DNA of 64,000 nt. Source: Octopus sinensis. Its lineage: Eukaryota. The notes below the pieces were generated by a model. It did no database searches. It worked only from the letters and a program-made list of their open reading frames with translations, and had not been told where the DNA came from. The position numbers and the translations under genes are program-made. Positions 1 to 13,471 of the stretch are shown here, in pieces. Each line of letters opens with the position of its first letter. Positions within the stretch are counted from its first letter, which is position 1. The stretch spans positions 78,864,001 to 78,928,000 of the forward strand of contig NC_043000.1 of the NCBI RefSeq assembly GCF_006345805.1, in the 5' to 3' direction.

Positions 1-2257
1 GAGGGCCTTTACGGACCTCCTCGACGGGCTGCTGCGCTTATCGGGGCGAGATGCGGAGGGCTGTGAAGGGCCAATCACGCCTGGGGAGGTGGTTGAGGCG
101 ATGGCGGACTGCGGCGCCGGGTTTAGATGGTCTACCCTATGAGTTATATAAGAGTATGCCAGACTTGTTCGGGCACCTACTGGCGGAGGTCTATGCGATC
201 TGGCAGCAGAACGGGTTCATACCCAGATCTGTGCGCCGGGGAGTAGTGACACTCGTCAGAAAGGACCCGAGCAAGGGGGAGTGCATTGATAATTTCAGGC
301 CCATCACTCTGCTAAAACAGAGTTGAAGATTTTGGCCAAAGTGTTATCGAAAAGATTGGCGCGTGTCGCGGATGGTCTGATCGGGGAGGCACAGACATGT
401 GCCGTTCCCGGCTGAACCATTCAGGATAATCCATCTTATGCGGGATTTAATAGTATAGAGGGGTTTAATAGTGATTCTGGCAAGGGTAGGGCACTGGTCC
501 ATTTAGACCAATCTAAAGCATTCGATAGGGTCGACCATCGCTACCTGGTATCTGCCCTGGCACAGTTCGGGCTGGGCCTTGGCTTCCTCAGGTGGATTAT
601 CCAAATTTACGACAACATCGACTCGGTAGTTCGGGTGAACGGCTTCGACAAGAAGCCGTTCAACATCAAGCGCTCGGTTCGTCAAGGGTGTCCGCTTTCC
701 CCGCTTTTGTACGTGGTGGCTCTTGAGTCATTACTGCGAAAACTGAGCGGCATCTCGAGACAGCCAGGTAGTGGAAAATCGGTGTCAGCGTACGCGGATG
801 ACATCACCATCATCGTAACAGAAATGGATCACCTAGAGAGGGTAGGCAAGGCCATAGAGGTTTACGAGACAGTGACAGGAGCAAAAGTTAATCGTGAACA
901 GTCAGTCGGCTTGCAACTCGGCACCTGGAGAGGCAAGTCGATGCCTCCTGACAGCGTCGTGGGACGTTGGACGGAGATTCCGATTAAGTTGCTAGGGGTT
1001 TGGTTCGGTCCAGACCTCCAAATAGAGAAGAATTGGGGCGAGGTATCGAGCAGGATGGATGCAGTAACCAAGACCTGGTCTTGGCGGTGGCTATCCCTGA
1101 AAGGGAGGGCGGAGGTAGCCAATGTGTTCATCGCATCGGTTATCACCTACTGCCTTTCCGTCGTTCCTTGCCCTGATTCGTGGTTGATCAAGTTGGATAG
1201 GCAGCTCTTCTACGTCTTGTGGAATGGCGGGAAACCACTTGTGAAACGCTCTACTTGCTGTCAACAACCGTTAAAGGGTGAGCTTGGGATGCCTTGGCCG
1301 ATGATGCGCAGACATGCGCTGGGGTTAAGACATCTGTGGCTTAAGACATCTGTCGCAAGGCTCCCCTGCTATTCCGTCGCTCGGGCAACGCCTGCGGTGG
1401 AGGTTCCACCACATTCTTCTATAGAGGGTTGGTAGAGGCGGAATGTGAAGATACCTTGGGGGAAACCCTAGGTCTCGACGATAATCAGCTGGCCAGTCTG
1501 TTCCGACGTACGTTCGAGCCGAAGACACTGGACAACTTCCAGAAGTCTCTGGCATGGCAATGCTACGGAGGAGCTGTACCTGTTCGGGATAAACTCGCAA
1601 GGCACGGTGGCCAAGACAGTCCGATATGTCCAAGATGCGAGCGGGATAGGGAAACCGTCCCGCACGCTATTGTTCATTGTTCGGTCGTGTCTGAGGTGTG
1701 GGTTTATGCCGAACAGCTGTTGTCAAGCACACGAAGAGTACAGCTGTCGACTGAGTCTATTACAAAAATTGACCCACCAGATTTCCTCGCGAAAGAAGGT
1801 AAGAATTGTTTTCTCGTTGTAGTAGCAATTGCGAAAGAGGTGATATGGAAGACGAGAATGAAAGGTTTACGGTCAGGCAAGTTCATCTCCGGCCCTGGTT
1901 TGATGAATTACTTCATCTTTCACCTGAAAAGGAAGATAGGGCTGGAGAAAATGCCTGACTAAGAGAGTGTACGAAGAACGATTGAAAGATGTAGCACGAA
2001 AGTTGCGAGTGGATGATACCACATAAATGTAAAACTAGACGAAACCAAAGTATCAGTGGGGAGGCGGGGCTCGTGGGGTCCGAGCTGAACCCGCTCCCAC
2101 TCCATCCGCAATGTCTTCCGGTCTGTTCCCCATTCGATTTTTTCTATTTTTGTAAATTTTAAAATTCGCCTTTTGTGTAAACTCATTCGTATATCTGACC
2201 CCACATCAGGTTGTATTGTCCCCTCTATGTTCGCCCCTTGTGGGTAATAATAAAACA
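1..2257 (+). mobile_element. Tx1/L1-clade non-LTR retrotransposon A, 3' part (RT, C-terminal zinc finger, 3' UTR); degenerate, cut by window start
   Basis: Frameshifted fragments with PGLDGLPYE, FRPITLL, RQGCPLSP, AYADD and CPRC..H...C; ends GGGTAATAATAAAACA before the target motif at 2258-2273. Confidence 0.92.
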
Positions 2258-2439
2258 ATTCCAGTATGTTATATATTTTGAGTATTGTAATCACTAGCGA
2301 TATCAAGATATAACTTTGAAGTTTGCATTTTATGTGTAGATGTATATATATAGATGTACATGTAATATGTACACATATATATACACATATATACATGCAC
2401 TAGCACTATGACTCGGCAACGACGGGTCTTTAATGCTAG
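2258..2439 (+). mobile_element. 3' remnant of the non-autonomous Helitron hosting element A (left-arm copy)
   Basis: Subterminal hairpin ACTCGGCAACGACGGGT then CTAG|T at 2436-2440; mirror of 44788-44971. Confidence 0.65.
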
Positions 2440-2459
2440 TATATATATATATATATATA

Positions 2460-2690
2460 TGAGGTATATTTGCCATCTCAATATGGCTAACCACTAAGGA
2501 TGGGTGTTACTGTAACTTGTAGCCCTAGGAGAACATCTCCTGCAGCTGGCTATAGGCACACTTTCTGTGACCTATTGGTATTTGCAAAGGGAGGTCATCC
2601 TTCCCTCGTCAACCTAAGTGATGCGCACGGACTGCAGTTTCTGGGTATTGACCCGTCATCAGCGCACGACAATCACCGGTTTTCGATGAA
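2460..2690 (-). mobile_element. 3' half of hammerhead-bearing small retroelement (retrozyme or Penelope pLTR-like) interrupted by LINEs B and C
   Basis: Contains the hammerhead; ends in a 37-nt block (2460-2496) repeated at 13185-13221; abuts (TA)n. Confidence 0.7.
2618..2676 (-). ncRNA. Type I hammerhead ribozyme
   Basis: Minus strand GUGAU-UGU-CGUGCG CUGAUGA C GGG UCAAUA CCC A GAAA C UGCA GUC^ CGUGCG-C-AUCAC: intact core, stems I and II, minimal stem III with palindromic loop; cleavage predicted at 2630/2629; C-A mismatch at the base of stem II. Confidence 0.85.
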
Positions 2691-3026
2691 TTTATCTTTA
2701 TTATGATCAAGTGATCTAACATAGAATGGGTACATTACAGGACAAAACAATTACAAAAATGCTTTGCGAGTTCGAATGAAATTATAAAAATTACAAAAAT
2801 AAAATTTTATGTAACTTGAACGAAAACTTGGCTTACTTTGCCTTGAAACGAAACCTTGGCTTACTTTTGCCTTTATCACGAGAACTTTTAGTGCGTATGT
2901 TTTTTTTTTTATTATTTCTTTATTTTAAACAGTTATGTACAGTGAAAGGGAATGGGAGGTACCAGTTTCAATTTTGAACCCGGCAGCCTATAAATCCCAG
3001 CAGCTGATTTTTCCTTTCCTCGATGA

Positions 3027-6000
3027 TTAAGCTGGGTAACTCTCACTCACCTTTCTCATCACATCCTTCCAACGTTCCATATACTCTTTCTGTGGCAGGC
3101 TCCTCTTCTCCAACCCCATCTTGCTCTTCAGATGATATCCGAAGTATTTTAACAAACCGGGGCCAGAGATAAAGGACCCTTTCACAAGACCTTTCAATCT
3201 AGTTCTAGATACACAGTCTTTCAATACTGCCACCGTACAGTAAAAACAGGCCTTACCTTCCTTTGAGAGTCCAGTTGGGGGTATCATCTTAATCATAGAC
3301 TCAGCCGACAGCTGTACTCGTCCCAGATGCGACAACACGTGTTCCACGTAACTTATCAAGCCTAACAGCTCCCGACATTGTACAAAAGCGTGTTGAACGG
3401 TTTCATCGTCCAACCCACATCTTGGACACGTCGGTGGCACTGACATTCCGTGCCTGGATAACTTCTCGCGAACAGGTAATGCATTCCTATAGCACTGCCA
3501 GGTCAGGGATTTTTGGTAATTATCCAAATACCCCGACCTGAAAGTCTTCTTAAACAGGTTGGAGAGTTGATCCTCATCGAACCCCAGAGCCCTTCCTAGG
3601 ACGTCATCATTTTTCCCTCTACCAGCCCTTTATAGAACACCGAGGTGGTATTCCCGCTGCCGGCCTTGCCCATCTTGTGGATCAGCCAGAGTGCCTGTCG
3701 GCACTCCTTCTGCCATGAAGTCAGGTTACGTCCTTTAATGAGACCGGGTGTAAATCCCTCCAGAGAGGCCGGTCGCGGGAAGAATTCCTCAGCCAGCGAA
3801 CTCCACACCTTATCATCCTCCAGGTTACACCCGAGGTGTCTCAGCCTCAACGCATGCTTGCGCATCATTAGCCAAGGCATCCCCAGTCCACCCTTTAGCG
3901 GTTCCTGGCAACACACGGAGCATCTCACAATCGGCTTTCCTCCTTTCCACAAAAAGCGAAAAAGGAGTCGTTCCAACTTGTTTAACCACGAATCGGGGCA
4001 AGGCACGACGGTCAGGCGGTAGGTGACGACAGAGGCTATAAACATCTGTGCCACCTCCGCCCTCCCTTTCAAGGAAAGATGCCTTCCGGACCACTTCCGT
4101 GCTATGGCATCCACCTTGCTCGTTACCTCGCTCCAATTCTTCTCCGTCTGGGAGTCTGGACCAAACCAAACTCCGAGCAATTTAACAGGACCATCCGTCC
4201 AGTGTCCAACAACACTGGACGGTATCGGCTTGTTCCTCCAGGTGCCGAGGCGCAAACCGATGGACTTGTGCCTGTTAACTTTTGCCCCTGCTACCACTTC
4301 GTATCCATGGAGAGCACCTGCTACCCGAGGTAGCTGTGTTCCGTTGGACACGATGAGGGTGACGTCATCCGCATAGGCAGAAACAGGCTTACCGCATCCG
4401 ATTTCATTAGGGTTGCCTCCTAACTTCTCCAGCTTCCGCAGCAATGGCTCAAGAGCCAAAACATACAGGAGCGGGGACAAGGGGCACCCTTGACGAACTG
4501 AACGCTTGATCGAAAACGGCTCCGTTGGGTAACCGTTTATCTGGACTGTGGACTTGATGCCGTTGTACATAGCTGAGATCCACCCGCCATAGCTAGGGAC
4601 CAGCTCAGCCGCTTCGAGGACCGCCGCCAAGTACCGATGGTCTACCCTATCAAACGCTTTACTTTGGTCTAAATGGACTAATGCCCCTCCTTTGCCGTCT
4701 AATTTCCCGACCCTATCTATAGTGTAGCGAAGAATGTGAAGATTATCCTGGATCGACCTGCCTGGGATTGCACATGTCTGTGCCTTCCCGACAAGTTTCT
4801 CCACGACAGCCGTCAGCCTTTTTGCTAACACCTTGGCCAAAATCTTAAACTCTACATTAAGTAGAGTTATGGGCCTATAATTACTAATGCTGTCCCCCTT
4901 GCTTTCTGGACAAGCGTCACAACTCCCCGACTCACAGAGCTGGGAATCCTCCCATTCTTTTGCCAGTTGCATACAACACTAAAATTCACAGGGCAGACCA
5001 TCCAACCCCGGCGACTTTTCCCCGGCGCACTCGGCCATAACCCCTCTTACCTCCGCGGGAGAGATCGATCCTTCACAGCACTCCGCCTCACCTGCCGAGA
5101 ATCGAGGCCCACCAGCTAGGAAGTCCTTTAAGGTCTCCCCACGCTCGAGTGGACCACCGCCCCCAAACAGCCGTGCGAAATGCTGGTGAAGGACCTTCTG
5201 CATCTCCTCCTGTTCATAGATCTTGCGGTCCTGCTCGTCAGTTAAGGACATAATACAGGACTTTTTGCCCTTCTGACTCTCCTCACAACGGGCCCATCCG
5301 GCAACGTTAATACCTTCTCGTTTGCCTGCACGTAACTTAGCTGACTCTACACCCCTCGTGCTTGGCGTTGAGATGATGGTACAATACCGCTCTCGCTGCC
5401 AACACTCCGGATGCACAGCCAGATTCCATAGCCTCGTCTAAGTTCTTAACTAATTTGCCCTCTATTCTAGTCCTATCTAAACTTAGCTACTTGCTAAATC
5501 TATTGGACTCCAAACGGATGGCTCTTTTGAGGGCGAGCCACCATCTATTATTAATGATGGTGCCACATAATGCCCTCTGTACTAATTCCTTAATCCGGGT
5601 ACGGAAAGCTTCACAAGTCAAAATAGACTTGTTCATTTTCCAGTACCCGGGACCTTGTCTATGGCATTTATCTACCTGTACCTCACACGTCACAAGTTTG
5701 TGATCCGTGTAAGGCACAACAGAGAATTGTGGACAGCTAACACTATTCCTATCTCGTTCCTTAACAAATACTCTATCTATGTACGATCTGCGTGAGCCGT
5801 CGATATTACTCCACGTCCACTGTGGAACGTTCGGCTCATCCAGTCGAAAACGGTCTACTAGATTAAAACTCGCTAGTAGAGCCTTGAGGCCAGGATTCCC
5901 CTTCCTATCGCTCGAGCCTACACCATCCACCCGCGCATCGAGAATGGTGTTGAAATCCCCTACCAAGACTACCGTTTTCGACGTCACTAGAAAGTGCTCC

Positions 6001-6368
6001 AGTTCCCGAAAAAAACCGGTCTGCCCACGCCCATTAGGAGCGTAGACAGCCACCAACCTGAAGGACTGCTTACTCACGTGCGTCACATCTAGGACAACCA
6101 GCCTACCTTCTGGGTCCAGAAAGACAGTACTTACCTGTAAGTCCAAGTTCTTCCTGAAAAGAATTGCCACGCCTGCACCTCCCTCCCGGCTAGGAGAAAT
6201 AAATTTCTCGTAACCATTGAGAAGTGGTGAGAACGCTTGGGGTCCTTTCATCTTGGACTCGGTAACAATAGCTACATCGATTCTATGTGAAATGAGGTCG
6301 TCTCGAAAACAAGCCTGTTTCCATTTCGATTCCATTCCACGCATATTTATACAACCTAACTTAATCAT
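3027..6368 (-). pseudogene. LINE B ORF2 (APE endonuclease, RT, zinc finger), frameshifted
   Basis: GCINMRG, VYAPN, GDFN, SYIDR, TDH; DQSKAFD, QGCPLSP, YADD; CPRC; split over four ORFs. Confidence 0.92.
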
Positions 6369-6392
6369 CGAAAAAAAAAGATAATTATTTAC

Positions 6393-7851
6393 TCACGGTT
6401 GCGAGAGGGAGCCTGACAGATTCCTTCTGCCTGTCTCCCACACACTCGCCGTTGCTGCTGGGCGTTTCACCGGCGTTTCCACCGGGCTCTGGGTTGGTGT
6501 GGCTGCCGGGCTGACGTATAATTTCCCAGTTGTCACCTCCTGGGTGACATCCTTAATGAAGCCGGCTTTTACGAGGTCTTGTAAGTTTTTTCCTTTCCAT
6601 CCTTCTTCGCCGACACTTGCATATCGCCACTCCGCTTCCTTCTCGGTCACTTTGTAGCACCTGATCTGCGTACTTGCTTGCACAAATTTTACTGCTCTCT
6701 CGTTCCTTGTGGTGTATGCTATAATTTTTTCATGTGGGGTTTGTTAAAGTGCTGGCCTATAAATGTAATACCGCCGGGGTGGGATTGGAGAATATTTTTA
6801 ATTTGTTCGTCTGCGTTGTTTTTTTTGTTACGGGTGGGGAGTCAGGGGTGATGGATTTTTTCCTTTTGTTCGACACGTTCGTGAATTCCATCTCTTCTTC
6901 TATATTTGTTTTTGTTGTATTAATTTCCTCCTCCTTTCCTTTCTCATTTTGCATTTCCTTCTTGTCTTCCTCCTTTTTGGAGTTCGACCTGTTTTTTTTT
7001 CCTCTTTGCTTTCGCCAGTCGTTACTTTGTTCACCACTTTGCTGCTTTCTGCGTTCTTCACAGCGTTTTGTGGGGGGGGGGTGCGTTGCCCGTATTATTT
7101 TTCTTTGTGCAAACGTAGCGAACGTGGCCCTTTTGTCCGCACTTAAAACATCTGGGCCTGCATCCTTCCACCGAAACTCGTATGGAGTGCCCCTCCCCCA
7201 CGAAGACTCTGTCTGGTAGGCTTTCCAGCGTCGCATTTTCCTCCTGGATAATCATCTCCAGCTGCTGGTCTCTCCAGTGTTTTGCAATTTTCCTCTTCAT
7301 ACTCAAAATTGTCAATTTTGATTCAACATCAAAAATACCGCTGTTGCCGCCCACATCACGTCGTAGCCCCTTGGTATATCTTCTAGGGTCACTTTTGCTG
7401 TTCTGCACCCTAAATATAAGGGTAGCAGTATTATATTCTCGTTTTTCAACGTTTGCGTCGAAATTTGCCTTGCTTCTTCCGCCGTCTCAAAGCGCCCTCC
7501 ACTGTAGCGCTTCTTGCACATCGGTTGACATGACGAACTTTACTCCATATTGGTGCCATACACTTTTCGACCATTTCGTTTTTTACGTCGGTCATATTGT
7601 ACACCTTGTAGGTGACCATTTTTTCCCTTATTGCCTGTAAAGTTTCAGGGGGCGGTACCAATCGTGTTTCTTCACTTTTTTGCAGAAGCGGCGGTCTGAA
7701 CTTGAATAGTCATTGACACCTCCATTTCTTCCACTTCGCCACCTACGGCTTCTGAAAAACTGGGTTTTGCCTGTGTTTCCTTTTGTTTAACAGTTGTTAT
7801 ACCTTCTCCCATCTCGGGAAAGTCTTTTTTTGAACTTAAGTCTAATTCCAT
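6393..7851 (-). pseudogene. LINE B ORF1 (zinc-knuckle RNA-binding protein), frameshifted
   Basis: RPRCFKCGQKGHVRYVC; collinear with 40655-42141. Confidence 0.85.
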
Positions 7852-8364
7852 ATTAGACAACACAAACTTGTCACAAATGACAAGAGAATTTTTTTCAAAA
7901 ATAACCTATACAGGTTAAGAGTTCACACAAAAAAAACACACAGAAAATGTCTACCCCGAAGCGCGAAAATTACTGGGTCAAAAACAGTTCAACAATTATA
8001 TTACGTGTAACACAACAAAGTAGACAAACGGAAACGAACTCACACAACGATTTGCAGCAACAGAAAAATATTTGATATACTCCGAGGAAAAATTTAAAAA
8101 ACACCGGTTTTCGATTAATTCTTTATTACGATTATAAAATCAGTACATAGAAGAACAATACAGGACATACATACAAAACAGTTAAGTGGTTCGTTTTAAA
8201 ATTTCCACAATATATGGATTATTCATTATACAAAAAACTGTATTTAAATTGTCCTTTGCAATGACTAATATAACATTACATTAGATTGAAATCTTACCGA
8301 TATATTTTAAACCCCGGCAACCTATTGGGCCCCGCAGCTTTCCTTTCCTCTTCTCCATCCATAG

Positions 8365-11300
8365 TTAAACTGGGTTTCTGACACCCACCTTTTTCGCCAC
8401 TTCCTTCCATCTTTTTTCATACACACCTCGTGGTAAGGTCTTCTTTTCCAGCCCTATTTTGCTCTTCAGATGATATCTGAAGTAAGTGAGCAAGCCGGGG
8501 CCTGAGACAAAGAATCCTATTGCGACTCCTTCCATTCTTGTACGCCACATGCATTCTTTTACTACTGCAACCGTGCAGTGAAAACATGCCTCACCTTCCT
8601 TCGAGAGTCCAGTTGGCGGTATCATCTTAATCATAGACTCAGCCGACAGCTGTACTCGTCCCAGATACGATAACAAGTGTTCTGCGTAACTTATCAAGTC
8701 TGACAACTGCCGACAGTGTACAAAAGCGTGCTGGACGGTTTCATCTTCCAACCCGCATCTTGGACACGTCGGTGACACTGAAATTCCGTGCCGCGATAAC
8801 TTCTCGCGAACAGGTAAAGCATTCCTATAACACTGCCAGGCCAGGGATCTTTGGTAATTATCCAAATACCCCGTCCTGAAAGTCTTTTTAAACAGGTTGG
8901 TAAGCTGGTCCTCGTCAAACCCAATAGCCCCTCCAAGAACGACAACGTTCTTTGCCTCTACCAGCCTGCTATAAAATACCGAGGTGGTATTTCCGCAGTC
9001 GGCCTTGCCCGCCTTGTGGATCAGCGTGAGTGCCTGTTTGCACTCCTTTTGCCATAAAGTCAGATTCCGTCTTTTGATGCAACCGGATTTAAAATTCACT
9101 AAGGAAGCTGGTCTCGAGAAAAATTCCCCTGCCAGCGGACTCCACATCTTATCACCCTCCAAGTGGTGCCAGAGATGCTTCAGCCTCAACGCATATCTGC
9201 GCATCATCAATCAAGGCATTCCTAACCCACCCTTTAACGGTTCCTGGCAGCAAACGGAGCGCCTCACAAGTGGCTTTCCTCCCTTCCACAAAAAGCGGAA
9301 AAGGATTCACGCCAACTTGCTAAGCCATGAATCGGGGCAAGGGACAACGGTCAGGCGGTAAGTGATTACAGATGCAATGAACATCTGTACCACCTCCGCC
9401 CTTCCTTTCAAGGACAGAAACTTTCCGGACCAGGTCCGTACTATGGCCTCCACCTTTCCCATCACCTCACTCCAATTCCTCTCCGTTTGGGAGTCTGGCC
9501 CCAACCACACTCCTAGCAACTTAACAGGACCATTTTTCCAGTGTCCCACGGCACTGGACGATATCGACTTGCTCCTCCAGGTGCCGAGGCGTAAGCCAAT
9601 CGACTTGTCCTTGTTAACTTTTGCTCCTGCCACCTCTGATAGCATCTTCTACACAAGGTAGCTGAGCCACATTGGACACGATGATGGTGACGTCATCCGC
9701 ATAAGCAGAAACCGTCCTCCCGCCTCCGATCTCATCCGGGTTACTTCCCAGCCTCTCCAACTTTCGCAGCAATGGCTCGAGAGCCAACACGTACAAAAGT
9801 GGTGACAAGGGGCACCCTTGACGAACTGAACATTCGATCGAAAACGGTTCCGTCAGGTAACCGTTTATCTGGACGGTGGACTTGATGCCGCTATACATAG
9901 CGGAGATCCACCCACGAAATTCAGGGCCCAGCCCAGCCTTTCGAGGCCCGTCGCCAGGTACTTATGGTCTACCCAATCGAACGCTTTACTTTGGTCTAAA
10001 TGCCGGTTAATTTACCCACCCTATCTAAGGTGTAGCGTATAAGGTGAAGATTGTCCTGGATCGACCGACCTGGAATTGCACATGTCTGTGCTTTCCCTAC
10101 AAGTTTCTCCACGACAGTCGTCAACCTTTTTGCCAACACCTTGGCCAAAATCTTAAACTCTACATTAAGTAGAGTTATGGGTCTGTAATTACTAATGTTA
10201 TCCCCCTTGCTCGGGTCTTTCTGGATTAGCGTCACCACTCCCCGGCTTACAGAAGTGGGAATTCTCCCGTTCTGCTGCCAGTTCGCGTAGACGCCTGCCA
10301 GTATTCCCCCGAACAAGTCCGGCATACTTTGATAAAACTCGTAGGGCAGACCATCCAACCCCGGCGACTTCTCCCCGGCGCATCCGGCCAGTACCCCCTC
10401 TATCTCCACGGGAGTGATCGCTCCTTCACAGCACTCCACCTCACGCCCCGAGAGCCGCGGTCCGCCGGCTAGGAAGTCCTTTAAGGCTCTCCCCCGCTCC
10501 AGCGACCCCCCCCCCCCGAACATGCGGGCGAAATGCTGGTGAAGAAGCTTTTGCATCTCCTCCTGTCCATAGATCTTGTGTCCCTGTTCGTCAGTTAAAG
10601 ACTTGATTGAAGCTTTGTTACCTCTCTGACTCTCCACTCGACAGGCCCATCTTCAACGTTAATACCTTCTCGTTTCCCTGCGCGTAGCTTAGCTCTAACT
10701 CTGCAACCTTCGTGTTTGGAGTTAAGGTGACGGTACAATACCGTCCTTGCCGCCATCACTCCGGATGCAGAGCCAGATTCCATTGCCTCGTTTAGATTCT
10801 TAACTAAATCGTCCTCTATCCTAGACCTATCTAACCTTAGCTGATTGCTAAATCTAATGGACTCTGAACGAATGGCTCTTTTGAGGGAGTCCCACCATCT
10901 ATTGTTAATGATGGTGCCACATAATGCCCTCTGTACTAACACCTTAATCCGGGTACGGAAGTCTTCACAATTCAAAATAGACTTGTTCAGCTTCCAGTAC
11001 CCGGGTTCCTGTCTATGGCATTTATCTAATTGCACCCTACAAGTCACAAATTTGTGATCCGTGTAAGGCACAATGTGAAACTGTGGACAACTAAACGTAT
11101 CCTTATCTCTTTTCCTAACGAATATCCTATCTATATACGATCTGCGTTAGCCGTAGTTGTTACTCCACGTCCACTGTGGAACGCTCGGCTCATCCAGTCG
11201 ATAACGGTCTACTAGATTAAAGCTCTCTAGTAGACCCTTGAGGCTAGGGTTCCCCTTCCTATTGGTTGAGCCAACACTGTCGACGCGCGCTTCGAGGACA

Positions 11301-11715
11301 GTGTTAAGGTCCCCTACTAAGACTACCGTTTTCGACGTCACTAAAAAGTGCTCCAGATTCCGAGAAAACTCCGACTGCCTACCCTCATTCGGAGCGTAGA
11401 CAGCTACCAACCTGAAGGACTGTTTACTTACGTGGGTCACATCCAGAACGACCAGCCTGCCTTCTGGGTCCAGAAAGACAGTACTTACCTGCAAGTCCAA
11501 GCTCTTCCTGATAAGGACTGCCACGCCCCTTCCTCCTCCTCGGCTAGGAGAAATAAATTTCTCGAAACCATTTAGATGAACGCTTGGGTCCCGTTCATCT
11601 TGGACTCGGTTACAATAGCTACGTCCACTCCGTGTGTCGTGAGGTCGTTCAGGAGACAAATTTGTTTCCATTTCGACCGCATTCTACGCACATTCACACA
11701 ACCCAGCTTTGCCAT
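8365..11715 (-). pseudogene. LINE C ORF2 (APE-RT), frameshifted
   Basis: VYAPNE, YTDH, SPGLDGLPYEFY, QGCPLSP, AYADD, CPRC. Confidence 0.9.
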
Positions 11716-11743
11716 TGTCGGAGAGAGAGAGAGAAAAAAAAAC

Positions 11744-12890
11744 TTACGGTTGGGACAGGGAGCATGACAGTTTAAATCTGCATGCTTCCCCTTCTTCCTC
11801 CCTTGTGGTCGTAGCTGCAGGGCTCTTAACCGGCGTTGCCATCGGGCTCTGGGTAGGTGTGGTTGCCGGGGTTATAGTAAGTTTGCCCTCCAGTATTTCG
11901 TTAGTTACGTCTCTGATAAGGTTATTTTAAAAATGTTCTTGGAGTGTTTTTTCTTCCACTCGTCTTCCTTATTTTTGCAAAACGAATGGTCGACTTCGTG
12001 TCTGCAGACTTACTCAATAATTTCAGTTTTGAAAATTTTAAATACTTAAACACTCTATCGTTCCTCTCGTCGAATGCTACACTCTTTTCATTTTTTTAAA
12101 TCAATTTTTCCAATCTTGTTTTATGGGGGGGGCTTGGCGAACTGTGTTCCAATGAATACAGTGCCGTGGGGGTAGGGCTGGGGAATTTGTTTTGTATGTA
12201 TCTCTGCGGTGTTTGCTGATTTTTTCTTTGTTTGGAGAGGAGAGTCCAGGGTATTTTCTTTTTTTCTTTTGCGTGTCACCTGTGTAAATTCCATTTGTTC
12301 GATTCCCTTCCTTGTCGCAGTCTTGGGGTCTTTTTCCGCCTTTTCTTTTTCTGTGTTTGAAGCACTTTGAGGAGGGGGGCTTCGCTGTTTTTCTTTTTTT
12401 TTATGCAGTTCGAGCGGACGTGACCTTTTTCACCACATTTGAAACACCTAGGTCTGCGCCCCTCCACTGACACTCTCATTGTATTTCCCTCCTCAATAAA
12501 TACCCTATCGGATAAGTTTTCTAGCACATTATTTTCTGCTTGAACGAGGAGTTCGAGCGCTTGTCCCTTCCAGTTTACCTCCTCTTTCCTTTTCATCTGC
12601 AGAATTGAGACTTTCTGCTCTACGTCGTGCAGAACCGCCGCTGCTACCCACATTATATCATATCCTCTTGGTATGTCTTCCACATATAGTTTCGCAGTTC
12701 TTTTGCCCATATAGGTAGGTAGTAACATGATGTCCTCACTTTTTAAGGTCATCGATGAAATCTCTCTTGCCACATCAGCCGAGTCGAAATGTACTTCAAC
12801 GGTAGCGCTGCGGGCACCTCGACCGACGTAGCGAATTTTGCTCCACACCGGGGACAAGCACTTCTCTGCTATTTCGTTCTTCACGTCCAT
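11744..12890 (-). pseudogene. LINE C ORF1, lacking the N-terminal region present in B
   Basis: RPRCFKCGEKGHVRSNC; MDVKNEIAEKCLSPVWSK aligns to the internal MTDVKNEMVEKCMAPIWSK of B. Confidence 0.83.
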
Positions 12891-13044
12891 TATTTTTTTC
12901 TCTTTGTTACTGTCACACAACGGACAACTGTTCAATTCACGAGCAAACACAAACAACGACGAACAAAAAACGAACTCACTCAACAAAATAGGCAGCTAAC
13001 TTCTCAATACACAGATGAAAGAGGGGTCCCTAGACGAGTCAAAA

Positions 13045-13471
13045 CACCGGTTTTCGATGAAAGGATTCCCAATGCAATTATTTATACCCTTTTTCCAGTA
13101 ACTTTTCGTCACTGATCTTGAAAAAGTGTATACAAGCAATAATAAATCTCTGAACGAGGTATAAACAGTAACTGTACAACAATGTGAGGTATATTTGCCA
13201 TCTGAATATGGCTAACCACTAATTTTCAATATATTGCTGGCGGGGAGGTGAGTCGACGCTATCCCTAGCGGTCGAGCGTCCATCACCGACGAGACAAAGG
13301 AAGGTCAAAATCATGTGATCCGGCAGTCTTGGCGTTGCAATTCGTGGGGGTTCAACTCCAAGCTAGCAAAATAAAACCTATAGAAGAGTTTCTCTTATGG
13401 TATCTACCAGATTAAAGTTTGTTCTAACATAACTTCCGCGTATAAGTGGGAGTAAATATTACCTCTATAGC

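Larger units (their letters stand above)
2691..8101 (-). mobile_element. Tx1/L1-clade LINE B, full length, degenerate
   Basis: ORF1 with CCHC knuckle plus APE-RT ORF2; bounded by CACCGGTTTTCGAT at 2674-2687 and 8102-8115. Confidence 0.93.
8116..13044 (-). mobile_element. Tx1/L1-clade LINE C, sister family of B, directly upstream of B in tandem
   Basis: ORF1 and ORF2 fragments similar but not identical to B; bounded by the same target motif at 8102-8115 and 13045-13061. Confidence 0.93.

Noticed and set aside
2460-2496. TGAGGTA start resembling let-7 miRNA
   Set aside because: Only 7 nt match and no let-7 hairpin; the block behaves as an element terminus
13045-13221. LINE target as an snRNA, tRNA or spliced-leader gene
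   Set aside because: No recognisable U1/U2/U5/U6, 5S or tRNA similarity, Sm site or A/B boxes by eye; an Rfam scan would settle it
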